DNA from: Clostridia bacterium
GTDB taxonomy: Bacteria; Bacillota; Clostridia; Oscillospirales; UBA644
Length of the DNA: 64,000 bases
Assembly: GCA_017440085.1 (NCBI GenBank)
Contig: JAFSHW010000012.1
Span: 16,931 to 80,930, forward strand
Direction: 5' to 3'
Under the pieces are notes generated by a model that saw only the letters and a program-made list of their open reading frames with translations, searched no databases and had not been told where the DNA came from. Below are positions 56,016 to 64,000 of the stretch, one piece after another. The position numbers and the translations under genes are program-made. Each line of letters starts with the position of its first letter. Within the stretch, counting starts at the first letter, position 1.

Positions 56016-57137
56016 ATGGAAAATAACGAAAATAAAGACGTTCAAACAACTGAAAAAACCGCTAAAAAAGCTCCCGTAAAGAAAAAGAACGGAGCAAGCA
56101 ACGTTATCAGAATCGTAGTTCTCATACTTTGTATAGGTGTCTTCGCATTTTCCGTAATCAAAATCGGTTCAGATATTTTAGATGAATCAAGCACGCAGGA
56201 TGAAATTGACGGTTTAAAAGATTTAATAGACAGAGATGACCCTAGCGTTACTCCAGAAGATCCGGAAAATCCCGTAGTCCCCGACGACAAAACGGAAAAT
56301 CCAGACCAAACGGAAGATCCGAATACGGGAAGCGAAAACCCTGACGACAATCAGAATCCCGATGATAATCAGCAGGATTACTACGACGACCAGACGAAGG
56401 AAGAGGCTGAAAAGGATAAAACTCAGAATACTATCGTTTCAGTTACAAGACCCGGCTCTTCATTGGATAAAACGGACCTTTCCGTTATTCACCCAAACGA
56501 TATAGATTTGAACGATATTTCATATCTCAGCGGTCTTAATTTTGATAAGCTTATGGAAAGAAACGACGATACCGTGGCTTGGATCTGCATTCCAGGCAAC
56601 GACTCAATAACAGGTCTTCCAATTGATACTGCAGTAGTTCAAGCTGACAATAACGACTTCTACCTTTCCCACAGCTTTGACAAATCTTCAAACGTAAATG
56701 GTTGGATTTATGCGGACTACAGAAATAATATGTCAAGCATAACTTCAAACTATAACACTATTATTTACGGCCACGCAAGAAGCTATAAAATGTTCGGCGG
56801 CTTGAAGAATTTAAACGAAACTCCCGAATGGTATAAAAACGGCTACAACCACTTCATTAAAATCACAACTCCTAAAGACGAAACCATTTGGCAGATTTTC
56901 TCTTGGCACGAAACAAATGTTTACTACAATTACATTCAGACAAGATTTGAAAACCCTCAGGAATTTATTGATTTTGCAACAGAACTTCAGGATAAGAATC
57001 AGTTGAAAGGATACTTCTCAACTTTTGAATTCACAGAAAAAAGCAGAATCCTCACACTTTCAACATGCAAAGGCTCAAACCCTGCAAACAGAGTTGCAGT
57101 TCACGCTGTTTTGGTGGCAAGAAATCCTTTGGATTGA
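56016..57137 (+). CDS. Class B sortase-like protein with an N-terminal TM anchor and an acidic/Pro-rich linker
   Basis: It has a TM helix (IRIVVLILCIGVFAFSVI) and a PEDPENP-type low-complexity linker. The sortase motifs are DTVAWICIPGN, IIYGHARS, ILTLSTC and RVAVHAVL. It starts 20 nt after the upstream gene. Confidence 0.8.
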   Translation: MENNENKDVQTTEKTAKKAPVKKKNGASNVIRIVVLILCIGVFAFSVIKIGSDILDESSTQDEIDGLKDLIDRDDPSVTPEDPENPVVPDDKTENPDQTEDPNTGSENPDDNQNPDDNQQDYYDDQTKEEAEKDKTQNTIVSVTRPGSSLDKTDLSVIHPNDIDLNDISYLSGLNFDKLMERNDDTVAWICIPGNDSITGLPIDTAVVQADNNDFYLSHSFDKSSNVNGWIYADYRNNMSSITSNYNTIIYGHARSYKMFGGLKNLNETPEWYKNGYNHFIKITTPKDETIWQIFSWHETNVYYNYIQTRFENPQEFIDFATELQDKNQLKGYFSTFEFTEKSRILTLSTCKGSNPANRVAVHAVLVARNPLD

Positions 57138-57163
57138 TAAAATTGAATACAAATTCTGAAATT

Positions 57164-57197
57164 AGGGGAACCTTCAATAGAGGGTTCCCTTGTTTTT
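57164..57197 (+). terminator. Intrinsic terminator after the sortase-like pair
   Basis: The stem pairs AGGGGAACC with GGTTCCCTT (one G-U pair), followed by GTTTTTAT. Confidence 0.55.
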
Positions 57198-57250
57198 ATA
57201 TAAAATCTCGCAAGTATCGGTAAATTTTTCGTTTTTTTAATCTTTCCCTC

Positions 57251-57279
57251 TTGTTTTTTTCTTACGCTTGTGATATAAT
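57251..57279 (+). promoter_or_regulatory. Sigma-A-type promoter candidate for the AEC transporter gene
   Basis: TTGTTT, a 17-nt spacer (ending TGa), then TATAAT. Confidence 0.5.
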
Positions 57280-57310
57280 AATATTTGAAAATAAAAAAGG
57301 TATATAAATT

Positions 57311-58264
57311 ATGAATCAGATTTCAGCTATTATATCTTCCGTTTCCGTTTTGGGAATTTTTATGGCAATAGGATTTATCTCCGTTAAGTCAGGCTATGTA
57401 AAAAAGGAAGCAACTTCATTCCTTTCCCATATCGTAACACGGTTGGTTTTTCCCATATGGATAATGTCGAAATTGCTTTCAAACGAGGTCACGTTACAGC
57501 AACTTTTTGACAGATTACCGCTGTTTATTTCCGGTTTGGTTTTTACTCAGTCAACAATGCTTTTAGCGGTTCTTATTACCAAACTTCTTAAAATGGAAGA
57601 TAAACGAAAATACGTATTCGTAGCAATAACGTATTCCGTTAACAGTATTTTTATGGGTGTTCCCATTTGCCAAGAGCTTTTCGGAGATTCCGGAGCTTTA
57701 AGCTGTACAATTTTGGCATTAGGCTCAAACATTATTACGTGGACAACGGGAATTTCCTATATTTCAGCAGGAGCCTCAAAGATTTCGGGAATTAAAAAGG
57801 AAAAGGGGAAATTTTCCGTAAATCCCATTATGGTAACCTACGTTTTATGCCTGGTTTTGAAATTCTGCGGCGTGAATCTACCATCCCTTTTAATTGGCCC
57901 CTTTACAAAATTGGGAAGCGCACTTTCCTACCTTGCAATGATGTATTTGGGAATGTCTTTGACCAATTTAAAGCTTAAAAATATTTTCAAGCACAAGCTT
58001 ATTTACCTTTATATTCCGCTGAAATTATTCATTATACCACTAATAGTGAACGTAATAGCAAAGATTTCGGGATTTTTCTCTCCTGAATATTTGGGGGTTC
58101 TTACAGTAGTTTACGCTGCTTCTCCAAGCATTTCACTTACTATGTTTTATAAAGAATACAACCTCGACTATGACTTCGGTAATTTGATGACCTTTATATG
58201 CGTACTGCTGAATATCGTTACGATACCCTTTATGTACTGGATATGCGGACGCATCAACTTCTAG
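57311..58264 (+). CDS. AEC (auxin efflux carrier) family transporter
   Basis: It is 317 aa with about 10 TM helices and has the layout of AEC-family permeases. Confidence 0.8.
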   Translation: MNQISAIISSVSVLGIFMAIGFISVKSGYVKKEATSFLSHIVTRLVFPIWIMSKLLSNEVTLQQLFDRLPLFISGLVFTQSTMLLAVLITKLLKMEDKRKYVFVAITYSVNSIFMGVPICQELFGDSGALSCTILALGSNIITWTTGISYISAGASKISGIKKEKGKFSVNPIMVTYVLCLVLKFCGVNLPSLLIGPFTKLGSALSYLAMMYLGMSLTNLKLKNIFKHKLIYLYIPLKLFIIPLIVNVIAKISGFFSPEYLGVLTVVYAASPSISLTMFYKEYNLDYDFGNLMTFICVLLNIVTIPFMYWICGRINF

Positions 58265-58282
58265 CCGGAGAAAGGAAAAACT

Positions 58283-58690
58283 ATGATATACACAACACAT
58301 ACTCCCGAAGAAACGGCTGAATTGGGCAAAAAATTCGCCTTGCAGCTGAAAAAAGGAGATACCATTTGCCTTGACGGTGAAATGGGCGCGGGTAAGACTG
58401 TTTTCGTGCAGGGCTGCGCAAAAGCCTTGGGATTTAATGAACCCGTTACAAGCCCCACATTCACTCTTTGCAACGAATATATAACAAAAGAACTTAAAAT
58501 ATTGCACTACGACCTTTATAGAATTATGGATGAGGACGACCTTTTTTCCGTTGGTTTTTATGATAATGACGGTGACATTGTTTTCGTCGAATGGGCAGGA
58601 AATGCAGATATTACCGACAGAAAATGCATTCATCTGAAATTCAGCTACGGTAGCGGCAATAATGAAAGAAATATTGAAATCCCCGACTAA
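58283..58690 (+). CDS. tsaE: tRNA t6A37 biosynthesis ATPase TsaE
   Basis: The P-loop is GEMGAGKT and the SPTFTL motif is present; 135 aa. Confidence 0.9.
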   Translation: MIYTTHTPEETAELGKKFALQLKKGDTICLDGEMGAGKTVFVQGCAKALGFNEPVTSPTFTLCNEYITKELKILHYDLYRIMDEDDLFSVGFYDNDGDIVFVEWAGNADITDRKCIHLKFSYGSGNNERNIEIPD

Positions 58691-58705
58691 GGAAGTATAA
58701 ACGAA

Positions 58706-59398
58706 ATGAACACACTTTGCATAGATACTTCGTCCGTAACCTGCGCTTGCGCCGTTTTCAAAGACGGCAAAATGATTGCAGACATTCTACTTAACAACGG
58801 ACTCAATCACAGTAAAACACTGTTACCCTCAATAAAAAAAGTCCTTGAAGAAAGCGGAATTTCCGCAAAAGAAATTGAAAATATTTCAGTTACCGTAGGT
58901 CCGGGTTCGTTTACCGGTGTAAAAATTGCAGCGGCAACGGTGAAGGGCTTGGCTTTTGAAAGAAATATTCCCTGCACGGCAGTTTCAACGTTGGAAGCAT
59001 TAGCTTATAACAGACAGTCTGACGGTTTGGTCTGCGCTGTAATGGACGCAAGAAGAGGTATGCTTTACAACGGAATTTTCAGAATAGAAAAGGGTAAAGC
59101 AATAAGGCTCACTGAAGACAGACAAATAAGCTGCGACGAACTTTTTGCAGAGATTAACGGAAAAGACATATTCATCACAGGTGACGGCACGGAGCTTTTC
59201 AAAAACTTCTGCAATGAAAGAGGTTTTAATCCTCAAGTAGCGGAAGGTGATTTTAAATTCGTCAGAGGCGAAGGTGTTTACAAAGCAGCAGAAAATTGCG
59301 GCTTCATAATAACGGAATCTGAAAAATTGGTTCCCGAATATCTGAGATTACCACAAGCTGAAAGAGAAAGATTGGAAAAAGAGAAAGGCGGAAAATAA
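58706..59398 (+). CDS. tsaB: tRNA t6A37 biosynthesis protein TsaB
   Basis: It has an ASKHA-fold N-terminus (LCIDTSS) and a GPGSFTGVKI motif; 230 aa; located downstream of tsaE. Confidence 0.85.
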   Translation: MNTLCIDTSSVTCACAVFKDGKMIADILLNNGLNHSKTLLPSIKKVLEESGISAKEIENISVTVGPGSFTGVKIAAATVKGLAFERNIPCTAVSTLEALAYNRQSDGLVCAVMDARRGMLYNGIFRIEKGKAIRLTEDRQISCDELFAEINGKDIFITGDGTELFKNFCNERGFNPQVAEGDFKFVRGEGVYKAAENCGFIITESEKLVPEYLRLPQAERERLEKEKGGK

Positions 59399-59399
59399 A

Positions 59400-59834
59400 A
59401 TGGACAACAAAAAAATCGTAATTGCTTCAGACCACGCAGGATTTGAACTGAAAGAGAAAATGAAGAAATATCTTACAGAAAACGGCTATGAAGTAACTGA
59501 CTGCGGCACAAATTCCACAGACAGCTGTGATTACCCCGAATTCGCAAACGCTCTTTGCCTTGCAATTAAAGAAAACCCCGAAATGAAGGGCATTCTCATT
59601 TGCGGCACCGGTATCGGTATGAGTATGGCGGCTAACAGACACAGCCACATCAGAGCAGCTCTCTGCCACAACGAATTTACTGCAAGACTTACTCGCCAGC
59701 ACAATAACGCAAACGTTCTCTGTATGGGCGCAAGAACCATTGGCGAAGAACTTGCATTTGAAACAATGAAGGTATTCCTTAATACTGAATTTATGGGCGG
59801 CAAGCACGAGCGCAGAATCAATATGTATTCATAA
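59400..59834 (+). CDS. rpiB: Ribose-5-phosphate isomerase B
   Basis: The motifs IASDHAGFELK and ICGTGIGMSMAANR are present; 144 aa. Confidence 0.9.
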   Translation: MDNKKIVIASDHAGFELKEKMKKYLTENGYEVTDCGTNSTDSCDYPEFANALCLAIKENPEMKGILICGTGIGMSMAANRHSHIRAALCHNEFTARLTRQHNNANVLCMGARTIGEELAFETMKVFLNTEFMGGKHERRINMYS

Positions 59835-59874
59835 GTAAAACAAATTTAATTTTAATAGAAATGAGGCAACGAAA

Positions 59875-60501
59875 ATGAAGGTCAACGTAACAAACCACCC
59901 ACTTATCCAGCACAAAATCAGCATTATGAGAAACGTAGACACAGGCTCTAAGGAATTCAGAGAGCTTGCAAGCGAGATTTCAATGCTTATGTGCTACGAA
60001 GTAACAAGAGAACTTCCCCTTAAAGAGGTAGATATTCAGACCCCCGTGGCTATGACTAAGGGAAAAATGCTTGCAGGTAAGAAAATGGCAGTTATTCCTA
60101 TTCTCAGAGCAGGCCTTGGAATGGTAGACGGTATTGTAAACTTGATTCCCGCAATCAAAATCGGTCATATTGGTCTTTACAGAGACCCTGAAACTCTCAA
60201 CCCCGTTGAATACTACTGCAAGCTCCCATCTGACATCAGCGAAAGAGACGTTCTCCTCGTTGACCCAATGCTTGCAACAGGCGGAAGCGCTTCTGCGGCT
60301 ATTCAGTTCCTTAAAAACTATGGTGTAAAAAACATTAAGAGCGTTCACCTTATTGCCGCACCTGAAGGCGTTGAAAGACTTAACGAAGACCATCCCGACG
60401 TTGAAGTTTACTGCGCAGCCTTGGACGAAAAGCTTAACGACCACGGATACATAGTTCCCGGTCTGGGTGACGCAGGCGACAGAATTTTCGGAACAAAATA
60501 A
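59875..60501 (+). CDS. upp: Uracil phosphoribosyltransferase
   Basis: The N-terminus includes HPLIQHK, the PRPP motif is [12 protein letters not shown], and the C-terminus reads [17 protein letters not shown]. Confidence 0.95.
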   Translation: MKVNVTNHPLIQHKISIMRNVDTGSKEFRELASEISMLMCYEVTRELPLKEVDIQTPVAMTKGKMLAGKKMAVIPILRAGLGMVDGIVNLIPAIKIGHIGLYRDPETLNPVEYYCKLPSDISERDVLLVDPMLATGGSASAAIQFLKNYGVKNIKSVHLIAAPEGVERLNEDHPDVEVYCAALDEKLNDHGYIVPGLGDAGDRIFGTK

Positions 60502-60510
60502 ATAAAGAAT

Positions 60511-60555
60511 AGAGACGGCTTTAAAATGAAGCCGTCTCTTATATTATCTTTTTTA
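60511..60555 (+). terminator. Intrinsic terminator after upp
   Basis: A 10-bp stem pairs AGAGACGGCT with AGCCGTCTCT, followed by a T-rich tail (TATATTATCTTTTTT). Confidence 0.6.
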
Positions 60556-60739
60556 TAAATTATAACAGGAATTTGACTTTGGGTCAAGCCGTTTCGGGCA
60601 TAATTTTGAAAAATAGCTGAAAAAATCAAATTATGCGTTAAATTATATTGCTTTTTTTTCGATTTTGTGTTATTATAAAGGAGATTGTAAAGTCGTCTTC
60701 CACACAATACAAATATTCACATAAAAAAGGAGTAACATT

Positions 60740-61090
60740 ATGGAGAACGTATACACAGTAAGAATCGGTGGATTTGACCTTTCCCTCTATTCTTCAGAAT
60801 CAGCTGAATACACAAATATGATTGCAACAGAAGTTGACAGAAGAGTTAAAGAAATCACCTCTGTTAACCCCAGCATCTCCCTTACAAATGCAGCACTCCT
60901 CGTTGCAATGGACCTTGCGGACGAGCTTTTCAAGCTTGAAACAGGTACAGACAATATGAGAGCTCAGTTGAAAGACTACCTTGACGACACAACTAAGGCT
61001 CTTGCAGAAAGAGACGAGGCTCGCCGTATGGCTGAAAGACTCAAGGACGAACTTCTTACACTTAAAATCGAACTCTCCGGCAAAAAATAA
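60740..61090 (+). CDS. zapA: Cell division protein ZapA
   Basis: It is 116 aa with an N-terminal beta region (YTVRIGGFDLSLYSSE) and a C-terminal coiled coil. Confidence 0.85.
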   Translation: MENVYTVRIGGFDLSLYSSESAEYTNMIATEVDRRVKEITSVNPSISLTNAALLVAMDLADELFKLETGTDNMRAQLKDYLDDTTKALAERDEARRMAERLKDELLTLKIELSGKK

Positions 61091-61099
61091 AAGGAATTT

Positions 61100-63109
61100 A
61101 TGGAAATACTTTCTCCGGCAGGCTCCTATGCCGCTTTGAAAGCAGCTGTAGAAAACGGCGCTGACGCAGTGTATATGGGCGCGCCTCAATTCAATGCGCG
61201 AGTAAACGCTCAGAATTTTACCGACGAAGAATTTAAAAACGGCATAGAACTGTGCAAAAAAAACGGTGTTAAAGTCTATGCCGTCCTTAACACGCTCATT
61301 TTTGATAATGAGTTTAAGCAAGTGCTTACATTAGGCGAAAAGCTGACGGAACTTGGGGTTGATGCTTTTATAGTTCAAGATTTGGGCTTAGCGGAAGCGT
61401 TGAAAAAATGTACTGCAGGTTCCGTGCCTCTCCACGCAAGCACACAGATGTCAATCGGAAATCTTGACGGAGTTATGAAAGCGACAGAATTGGGATTCAC
61501 CAGAGCCGTTCTTGCCAGAGAACTTTCAAAAAAAGATATTGAATACATCGCAAAAAATTCACCCATTGAGCTTGAAATTTTCGTTCACGGAGCTCTTTGC
61601 GTATGTTATAGCGGTCAATGCAGAATGAGTTCCGTTATCGGCAACAGAAGCGGAAACAGAGGTGCTTGCGCTCAGCCTTGCAGACTCCCTTATGAAAGAG
61701 GATATTCACTTAGCCTCAAGGATAACTGCCTGTTGGAATACGTAAGAGATTTCGAAGATATGGGAATCGCCTCACTTAAAATTGAGGGCAGAATGAAAGG
61801 CCCTGCTTACGTTGGAGCAGTAACAGCAGCTTATGCAAATGCTAAAAGAGGCGAAACCTACACCGAAAGCAAAAAAGATGAACTTGCGAAAATTTTCAGC
61901 AGAGACGGATTTACCGACGGATATTACCTTAACAAGATGGGGAAACCAATGTTCGGCGTGCGAAAAGAAACGGAAACCATTCCCCCATACGTACAGCCCG
62001 AAAAGGAATACAAAAGGTTTGCAGTTGATTTCAACGTAATATCTGACGAAAACAGAAACATAATTTTCTCTGCAACCGATAGCGAAAACCACTCTGCTGA
62101 GGTTTCAATCATAGGAGAAAAAGCCGCAAACGCTCCCACAGGAGAAGAACAGTTGAAGAAAAATTTGGGAAGACTTGGCGGAACACCTTACGAACTGAGA
62201 AATTTACATTGCGATACCAAAGATAATTTTATTCCTGCCTCAAAAATAAACGATGCCCGCAGGCAAATAATAAACTGCCTGGACTCGATGAAAAATATAA
62301 AAAGAGGCTCGTTTACAGTAAAGCTCCCACAAAAAAATAATTACGATAAAGCTGAAAAAACTGAAATAGAAGCTCAATTTACAGTACTGAAAAACGTAAT
62401 TTGCGACAACAGAATTTCAAGAATTTGGTTGCCGCTGACGGCAGTAAAGGAAAAACGCTTTACAGAGCTTTTTGAATTTTACAAAGAAAAAACAGGATTA
62501 GTTCTCCCAATGATTATCCGAGACGAAAACCGCCGCGAAATAAAAAACCTCATTGAAACGGCACTGAATTCAGGGGTAAAGGATTTTCTTTGCGGAAATA
62601 TCGGTCATATTTACGCTCTCAGCGGATATGATGCAAATCTCTACGGAGATACGGGTCTTAACGTTACGAACGCTTTTTCAAAAGACGCATATTTGAATAT
62701 GGGCATAAAAAACGTAACCCTTTCATTCGAGCTTAATATGAGGAAAATTCAAGACCTGGCAGATGAAAAATCGGGGATTATCGCTTACGGAAGACTACCA
62801 TTTATGACTATGAGAAACTGCATCAAAGGAAACGGTCACGGATGCGAAAACAAAAATAAACCATACTATTTAAAAGATAGAATGAATAAGACTTTCTTGG
62901 TAACTTGCGGCTACGATTGCGCAAACGATGTATGGAATTCAGATAAATTATGGCTGGCAGATAAAGATTTGCCCCAGCTTTCATTTAAAAGACTTCTTTT
63001 CACCGACGAAACCTCCGGTGAGGTAAAAGAAGTTGTTGACGCATATGCAGAGAAAATCAACGCCGAAAGAGAAATGAAAAATCTTACGAGAGGACTGTAT
63101 TACAGATGA
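61100..63109 (+). CDS. Peptidase U32 family protein
   Basis: The N-terminus is MEILSPAGSYAALKAAVENGADAVYMG, and the U32 signature region EIFVHGALCVCYSGQCRMSS is present; 669 aa. Confidence 0.85.
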   Translation: MEILSPAGSYAALKAAVENGADAVYMGAPQFNARVNAQNFTDEEFKNGIELCKKNGVKVYAVLNTLIFDNEFKQVLTLGEKLTELGVDAFIVQDLGLAEALKKCTAGSVPLHASTQMSIGNLDGVMKATELGFTRAVLARELSKKDIEYIAKNSPIELEIFVHGALCVCYSGQCRMSSVIGNRSGNRGACAQPCRLPYERGYSLSLKDNCLLEYVRDFEDMGIASLKIEGRMKGPAYVGAVTAAYANAKRGETYTESKKDELAKIFSRDGFTDGYYLNKMGKPMFGVRKETETIPPYVQPEKEYKRFAVDFNVISDENRNIIFSATDSENHSAEVSIIGEKAANAPTGEEQLKKNLGRLGGTPYELRNLHCDTKDNFIPASKINDARRQIINCLDSMKNIKRGSFTVKLPQKNNYDKAEKTEIEAQFTVLKNVICDNRISRIWLPLTAVKEKRFTELFEFYKEKTGLVLPMIIRDENRREIKNLIETALNSGVKDFLCGNIGHIYALSGYDANLYGDTGLNVTNAFSKDAYLNMGIKNVTLSFELNMRKIQDLADEKSGIIAYGRLPFMTMRNCIKGNGHGCENKNKPYYLKDRMNKTFLVTCGYDCANDVWNSDKLWLADKDLPQLSFKRLLFTDETSGEVKEVVDAYAEKINAEREMKNLTRGLYYR

Positions 63110-63558
63110 CGGCCCCAAAACTTAAAATTAAAAGACTTGAGCGAAACGGTGAAAAGCCGCCTATGCCTTTCTACGCCACTGAAGGTGCTGCAGGTCTTGA
63201 CCTGACCTACTTCGGAGAAGATGAAAAAACAATTATCCCCGGTGAGTTGGAAAAATTGAATACGGGAATCTGCGTTGAAATCCCCAAAGGATACGTGGGG
63301 CTTATATATATTCGCTCTTCACTTGGTGCAAAGCACGGTATAACACTTGCAAACAGCGTTGGAGTTATCGACTGCGACTACCGAGGCGAGCTTATGGTAT
63401 TCGTCACCAATACGTCATCTATGAAATACACTGTCAGACCCGGTGACAGGTTTGCACAGCTTGTTATTACTAAGTACGAGCAATTCCCCATTGAAGAATG
63501 CGAAGAGCTTTCAACAACGGACAGAGGCTCAGGAGGCTTCGGCTCCACCAATAAATAA
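63106..63558 (+). CDS. dut: dUTP diphosphatase
   Basis: The motifs GAAGLDL, GVIDCDYRGEL and the C-terminal RGSGGFGSTN are present. The start overlaps the upstream stop by 4 nt. Confidence 0.9.
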   Translation: MTAPKLKIKRLERNGEKPPMPFYATEGAAGLDLTYFGEDEKTIIPGELEKLNTGICVEIPKGYVGLIYIRSSLGAKHGITLANSVGVIDCDYRGELMVFVTNTSSMKYTVRPGDRFAQLVITKYEQFPIEECEELSTTDRGSGGFGSTNK

Positions 63559-63608
63559 GAATATTTACCATTTAATATAGAGAAAATGAAAAAAGGAATG
63601 AAGATTCA

Positions 63609-64000
63609 ATGGAATCAATTATAAAACATCTTACAAACAAAGTTTCAGACGCTTTTGAAAAATGCGGTTACGAACGCCGTCTCGGGCAAGTTTCCGTTTC
63701 CGACAGATTTGACCTTTGCCAATTCCAGTGCAACGGCTCTTTCGAGGGTGCGAAGCTTTACAAAAAAGCTCCCCTTATGATTGCGGAACAGATTGCGGAA
63801 ATTCTCCGACAGGATAGCGAATTCAAATCTGTTGACGCAGTTCGTCCGGGATTTATCAATATCACACTAACTGACGAATTTCTCACAAAAGCAGCAAATG
63901 AAGTTCTTTTAGACGAAAATCTCGGCATTTCCGTAATTGGCGAAGGCAAAACCATCGTGGTAGACTACGGCGGCGCAAACGTTGCAAAACCCCTCCACAT
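63609..64000 (+). CDS. argS: Arginine--tRNA ligase (partial, continues beyond the window)
   Basis: The frame is open from ATG 63609 to the window end. The N-terminal Arg-tRNA-synthetase add-1-like domain runs into VDYGGANVAKPLH, the lead-in to the HIGH region. Confidence 0.85.
   Translation, partial: MESIIKHLTNKVSDAFEKCGYERRLGQVSVSDRFDLCQFQCNGSFEGAKLYKKAPLMIAEQIAEILRQDSEFKSVDAVRPGFINITLTDEFLTKAANEVLLDENLGISVIGEGKTIVVDYGGANVAKPLH

Noticed and set aside
1-64000. I looked for CRISPR arrays, tRNA/rRNA genes, transposases, integrases, prophage or toxin-antitoxin modules.
   Set aside because: I saw no regularly spaced direct repeats, no GC-rich structured-RNA-like islands in the intergenic regions (all are 340 nt or shorter), and no ORF with recombinase, transposase or phage motifs. 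The absence is based on reading by eye, not on a covariance-model scan.

Overview
This is a chromosomal segment from an AT-rich, spore-forming Bacillota (Clostridia-like) genome. It is densely packed with about 62 protein-coding genes, and most of them are core housekeeping genes in conserved Firmicute synteny blocks. On the minus strand these blocks are yybS-gdpP-rplI-dnaB-tilS-hpt-ftsH, yqfC-yqfD-phoH-ybeY, radical-SAM(DUF512)-der-plsY-pyrE, yceD-rpmF, asnA-asnS-aminotransferase, ruvA-ruvB and smc-ftsY-rdgB. On the plus strand they are a split transketolase, tsaE-tsaB-rpiB-upp and zapA-U32-dut-argS. I recognised no rRNA, tRNA, CRISPR array, transposase or integrase. Many intergenic regions carry near-consensus sigma-A promoters (TTGnnn, 17-nt spacer, TGnTAnAAT) and clear stem-loop terminators. 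The signals most worth follow-up are these. (1) An ECF sigma/anti-sigma pair (42.4-43.8 kb) has a putative autoregulatory promoter, TGAGAC-N16-CGTCTA. The same architecture and identical -10 recur upstream of two envelope-protein loci, which suggests a small ECF regulon: tandem paralogous lipoproteins at 9.3-11.8 kb and a Big_2-sortase-B-like gene pair at 54.4-57.1 kb. (2) A translationally coupled four-gene operon of unknown function (30.8-33.7 kb) sits directly upstream of ruvAB and includes an exported domain with 13 Cys. (3) An ATP-grasp gene is paired with a CxxC-protein gene, with an orphan acpP downstream. (4) A GH55-like double beta-helix gene is bracketed by two 29/30-identical terminator hairpins, which looks like a cassette insertion. 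All functional calls come from motif and synteny recognition by eye; no database search was run.
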